IMG/VR virus record: IMGVR_UViG_3300011187_000010
Coordinates: 1 to 59,108 of that record
Reading direction: 5' to 3' (one strand)
Source of the DNA: a virus
Lineage: Duplodnaviria > Caudoviricetes
Length of the DNA stretch: 59,108 nt
In this document: piece after piece, positions 57,444 through 59,108 of the stretch
Layout: every line of letters starts with the position of its first letter
How positions within the stretch are numbered: position 1 is the stretch's first letter
Position numbers and translations under genes: made by a program
Notes under the pieces: generated by a model
Told to the model about the DNA's origin: nothing
The model's database searches: none
The model's input: the letters and a program-made list of their open reading frames with translations, nothing else

Positions 57444-58400
57444 TTAGAATGGTAAATCATCTTCTTCTTCATCTTCATCTTCTTCTTCAGCTACGGTATC
57501 GTAACTATTTTCACTTTCAGTTAACTCTTCTGTTTTAACATCTGAAGTGCTTTTGGTATCAATGTTTTTGCTACCACCTCCCATTGTGATTTGGTCTTCT
57601 AATCCACTGTTAGAGTCTTCTGAATCTTCATTTTCAGCTTCTAAGTCTTCTTTTGCAATAAATTTTTCTTGCTTCTTACTCCACATTGGGATTTTTCCTA
57701 AGACTACAATTTTTAAGTAATCGTAACCTTTTACTGAGTAAACTTCTTTCCAACTCTTATTGTTACTTAACCAGCCTTTAGCCATTATTTTATCCGCACT
57801 TAGAGGCCCTTTATCGAATGCTTGGATTGAGTTAACCATTGGGTAAGTACCACCTCTTGGGTTTTTAACTCTAACTATGTTAAGAATTAAGTCTCTACCT
57901 ACTTCAGGGTCTGTGATATCTTCTTTTAATAATCCAATGGTTGCCATTATTTTATCAAAGATACCTTCTTTTTTGTAGTTAATTGGAAATCTCCAGAATT
58001 TTATACCTTCGTCTTCGTTTTCTCTGTCAATAACTCTTACGATGTACATTAACCTAGCTTTATATTTCTTTGCTAATTCTTCATCACTTTTTTCACCCGT
58101 AGAAAGTAGTTCTTCTCTAGCTTCACAGAAAGGACAATCTTCGTCATTCAGTTCTTTAATACAAGTGAATTTACGGTTTTTACCGTCAACTTTAGCACTG
58201 TGTACGTGAACTTCTTCGAAAGGTGTTTTACCTTCTTCTGGTGGTAAAATTCTAATTTTTTTAACTGCACTTTCAATACCATCTGGTAAATACGTAGTGA
58301 AGTAATTTGTTTTGTCAAATGAGTTGTCACTCGATTTTGAAGTCGCTGTCTCGTACTGAGCTAACATCGCTTCTAACGGATTTTTTTTCTCGTTACTCAT
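57444..58400 (-). CDS. single-stranded DNA-binding protein (T4 gp32-like)
   Basis: IRILPP, H...C......CPFC, VIDR..E.EGIKFW, DITDPEVGRDL, acidic tail ending DDLPF. Confidence 0.9.
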   Translation of the reverse strand: MSNEKKNPLEAMLAQYETATSKSSDNSFDKTNYFTTYLPDGIESAVKKIRILPPEEGKTPFEEVHVHSAKVDGKNRKFTCIKELNDEDCPFCEAREELLSTGEKSDEELAKKYKARLMYIVRVIDRENEDEGIKFWRFPINYKKEGIFDKIMATIGLLKEDITDPEVGRDLILNIVRVKNPRGGTYPMVNSIQAFDKGPLSADKIMAKGWLSNNKSWKEVYSVKGYDYLKIVVLGKIPMWSKKQEKFIAKEDLEAENEDSEDSNSGLEDQITMGGGSKNIDTKSTSDVKTEELTESENSYDTVAEEEDEDEEEDDLPF

Positions 58401-58466
58401 AGTTATAATTTTGTTATTAGTAAATGTCCGACCTTCGTTTTTTATATGTCGGAGTCTTTATTTGTA

Positions 58467-58501
58467 TCACCACCACTTATAATTCACGGGTGGTAATCGT
58501 G
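58467..58501 (-). promoter_or_regulatory. predicted H-type RNA pseudoknot in the ssb 5' leader
   Basis: mRNA CACG-A-UUACCACC-CGUG-AAUUAUAAGU-GGUGGUGA. Confidence 0.65.
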
Positions 58502-58538
58502 TTACGCTACCTAATGATTTACATTAAAATAACTGAGC

Positions 58539-58570
58539 CAAAGATACTAATTAAAATGAGTTATTACAAG
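58539..58570 (-). promoter_or_regulatory. Bacteroidota-type promoter for the ssb/replication operon
   Basis: CTTG-N20-TATCTTTG. Confidence 0.75.
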
Positions 58571-58589
58571 TCTTTTTTAATATTTTTAC

Positions 58590-58624
58590 AAAAAAAAAAG
58601 GTGTAATAATTAAATTACACCTTT
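58590..58624 (-). terminator. intrinsic terminator
   Basis: AAAAAAAAAAGGTGTAAT-N-ATTACACCTTT. Confidence 0.8.
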
Positions 58625-58649
58625 CGTTTTGATATTTAATACTTTAGCT

Positions 58650-59108
58650 TTAAAAGCTTTGATTACTTTGGTAATCTTCGTCTTTAAAAGAGTCTTTAAT
58701 CTCCATTGGATTAAAATCTCTATCCACATCATCTTGAGTTAATACATATTCTTTCTCACCATCCTTATCTTGATTCATAACGTCATAATTACCTTCTTTT
58801 TCAGACCAAAAATCTGTTAATTTTAGGTTATAAGGATAAGAACTTAATGAACGCATTTCTAATTTTTCTTCAGGAGTCGGATTTCTTTTCTCAAATTCAT
58901 TCTCTAAGTCATCTATCTTGTTATTCATAGCCGACATTTTATCTAAAGAATTAGTTAGATTGTCTAATTTACTTAATAACATTTCAGCTTTTTTATTGGC
59001 TTCTTCAGCTGAATTCTGTGCTTCTTCAGTTCCTTGTACCAAATCAGTTACATCTAATTCAACTTCATCATCCATTTCAGGTTCAGGTTCCATTTCAGGT
59101 TCAGGTTC
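58650..59108 (-). CDS. acidic coiled-coil hypothetical protein, 5'-truncated by the window edge
   Basis: The frame is open to the edge with EPEPEM repeats; EVELDVTDLV..TPEEKLEMRSL.SYPY. Confidence 0.8.
   Translation of the reverse strand, partial: EPEPEMEPEPEMDDEVELDVTDLVQGTEEAQNSAEEANKKAEMLLSKLDNLTNSLDKMSAMNNKIDDLENEFEKRNPTPEEKLEMRSLSSYPYNLKLTDFWSEKEGNYDVMNQDKDGEKEYVLTQDDVDRDFNPMEIKDSFKDEDYQSNQSF

Noticed and set aside
58424-58606. 60-aa plus-strand ORF upstream of ssb
   Set aside because: It overlaps the promoter, terminator and structured leader, and is better explained as regulatory sequence.
1-59108. Stop-codon reassignment (TAG or TGA recoding)
   Set aside because: Conserved genes are full length in code 11, and TAG and TGA end genes at expected positions (e.g. 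clpP, primase, rpoD).
1-59108. Bacterial chromosome or eukaryotic giant-virus origin
   Set aside because: gp25/gp6-like baseplate genes, gp32-like SSB, gp46/47-like genes, tmRNA and a bacterial sigma factor together indicate a large tailed bacteriophage.

Overview
A 59-kb segment of a large, very AT-rich tailed phage genome with a myovirus-type baseplate. It reads in the standard genetic code and is almost entirely encoded on the minus strand. The host is probably a Bacteroidota member: there are repeated (T/C)TTG-N20-TAnnTT(T/G)G promoters, a short region-1.1-less RpoD, an Hc1-like protein and SprB repeats. From left to right the window holds: tmRNA, ClpP and DnaJ; small accessory genes; lysis-type and probable internal-head genes; a sigma factor; a heavily fractured Mre11/Rad50 (gp47/gp46-like) locus; a catalytically dead PanD homologue; an intein-containing PD-(D/E)XK nuclease; a plus-strand ParB-like/ADP-ribosyltransferase-like cassette; primase and RuvC-like resolvase; about 22 kb of tail/baseplate genes; then nrdA, nrdB, DnaB, 5'-3' exonuclease, RecA/UvsX and a gp32-like SSB. 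The most striking features are: (1) an Mre11-Rad50 complex in four ORFs, apparently rejoined by an atypically split intein (29-aa IntN, 124-aa IntC) and an intein-free split; (2) recoded duplicate gene ends flanking decayed endonuclease insertions; (3) a Gly-initiated class 3 intein; (4) a tmRNA with a 25-codon tag next to clpP; (5) a T4-gene-32-like pseudoknot in the SSB leader. All family calls are motif recognition by eye; no database search was run.
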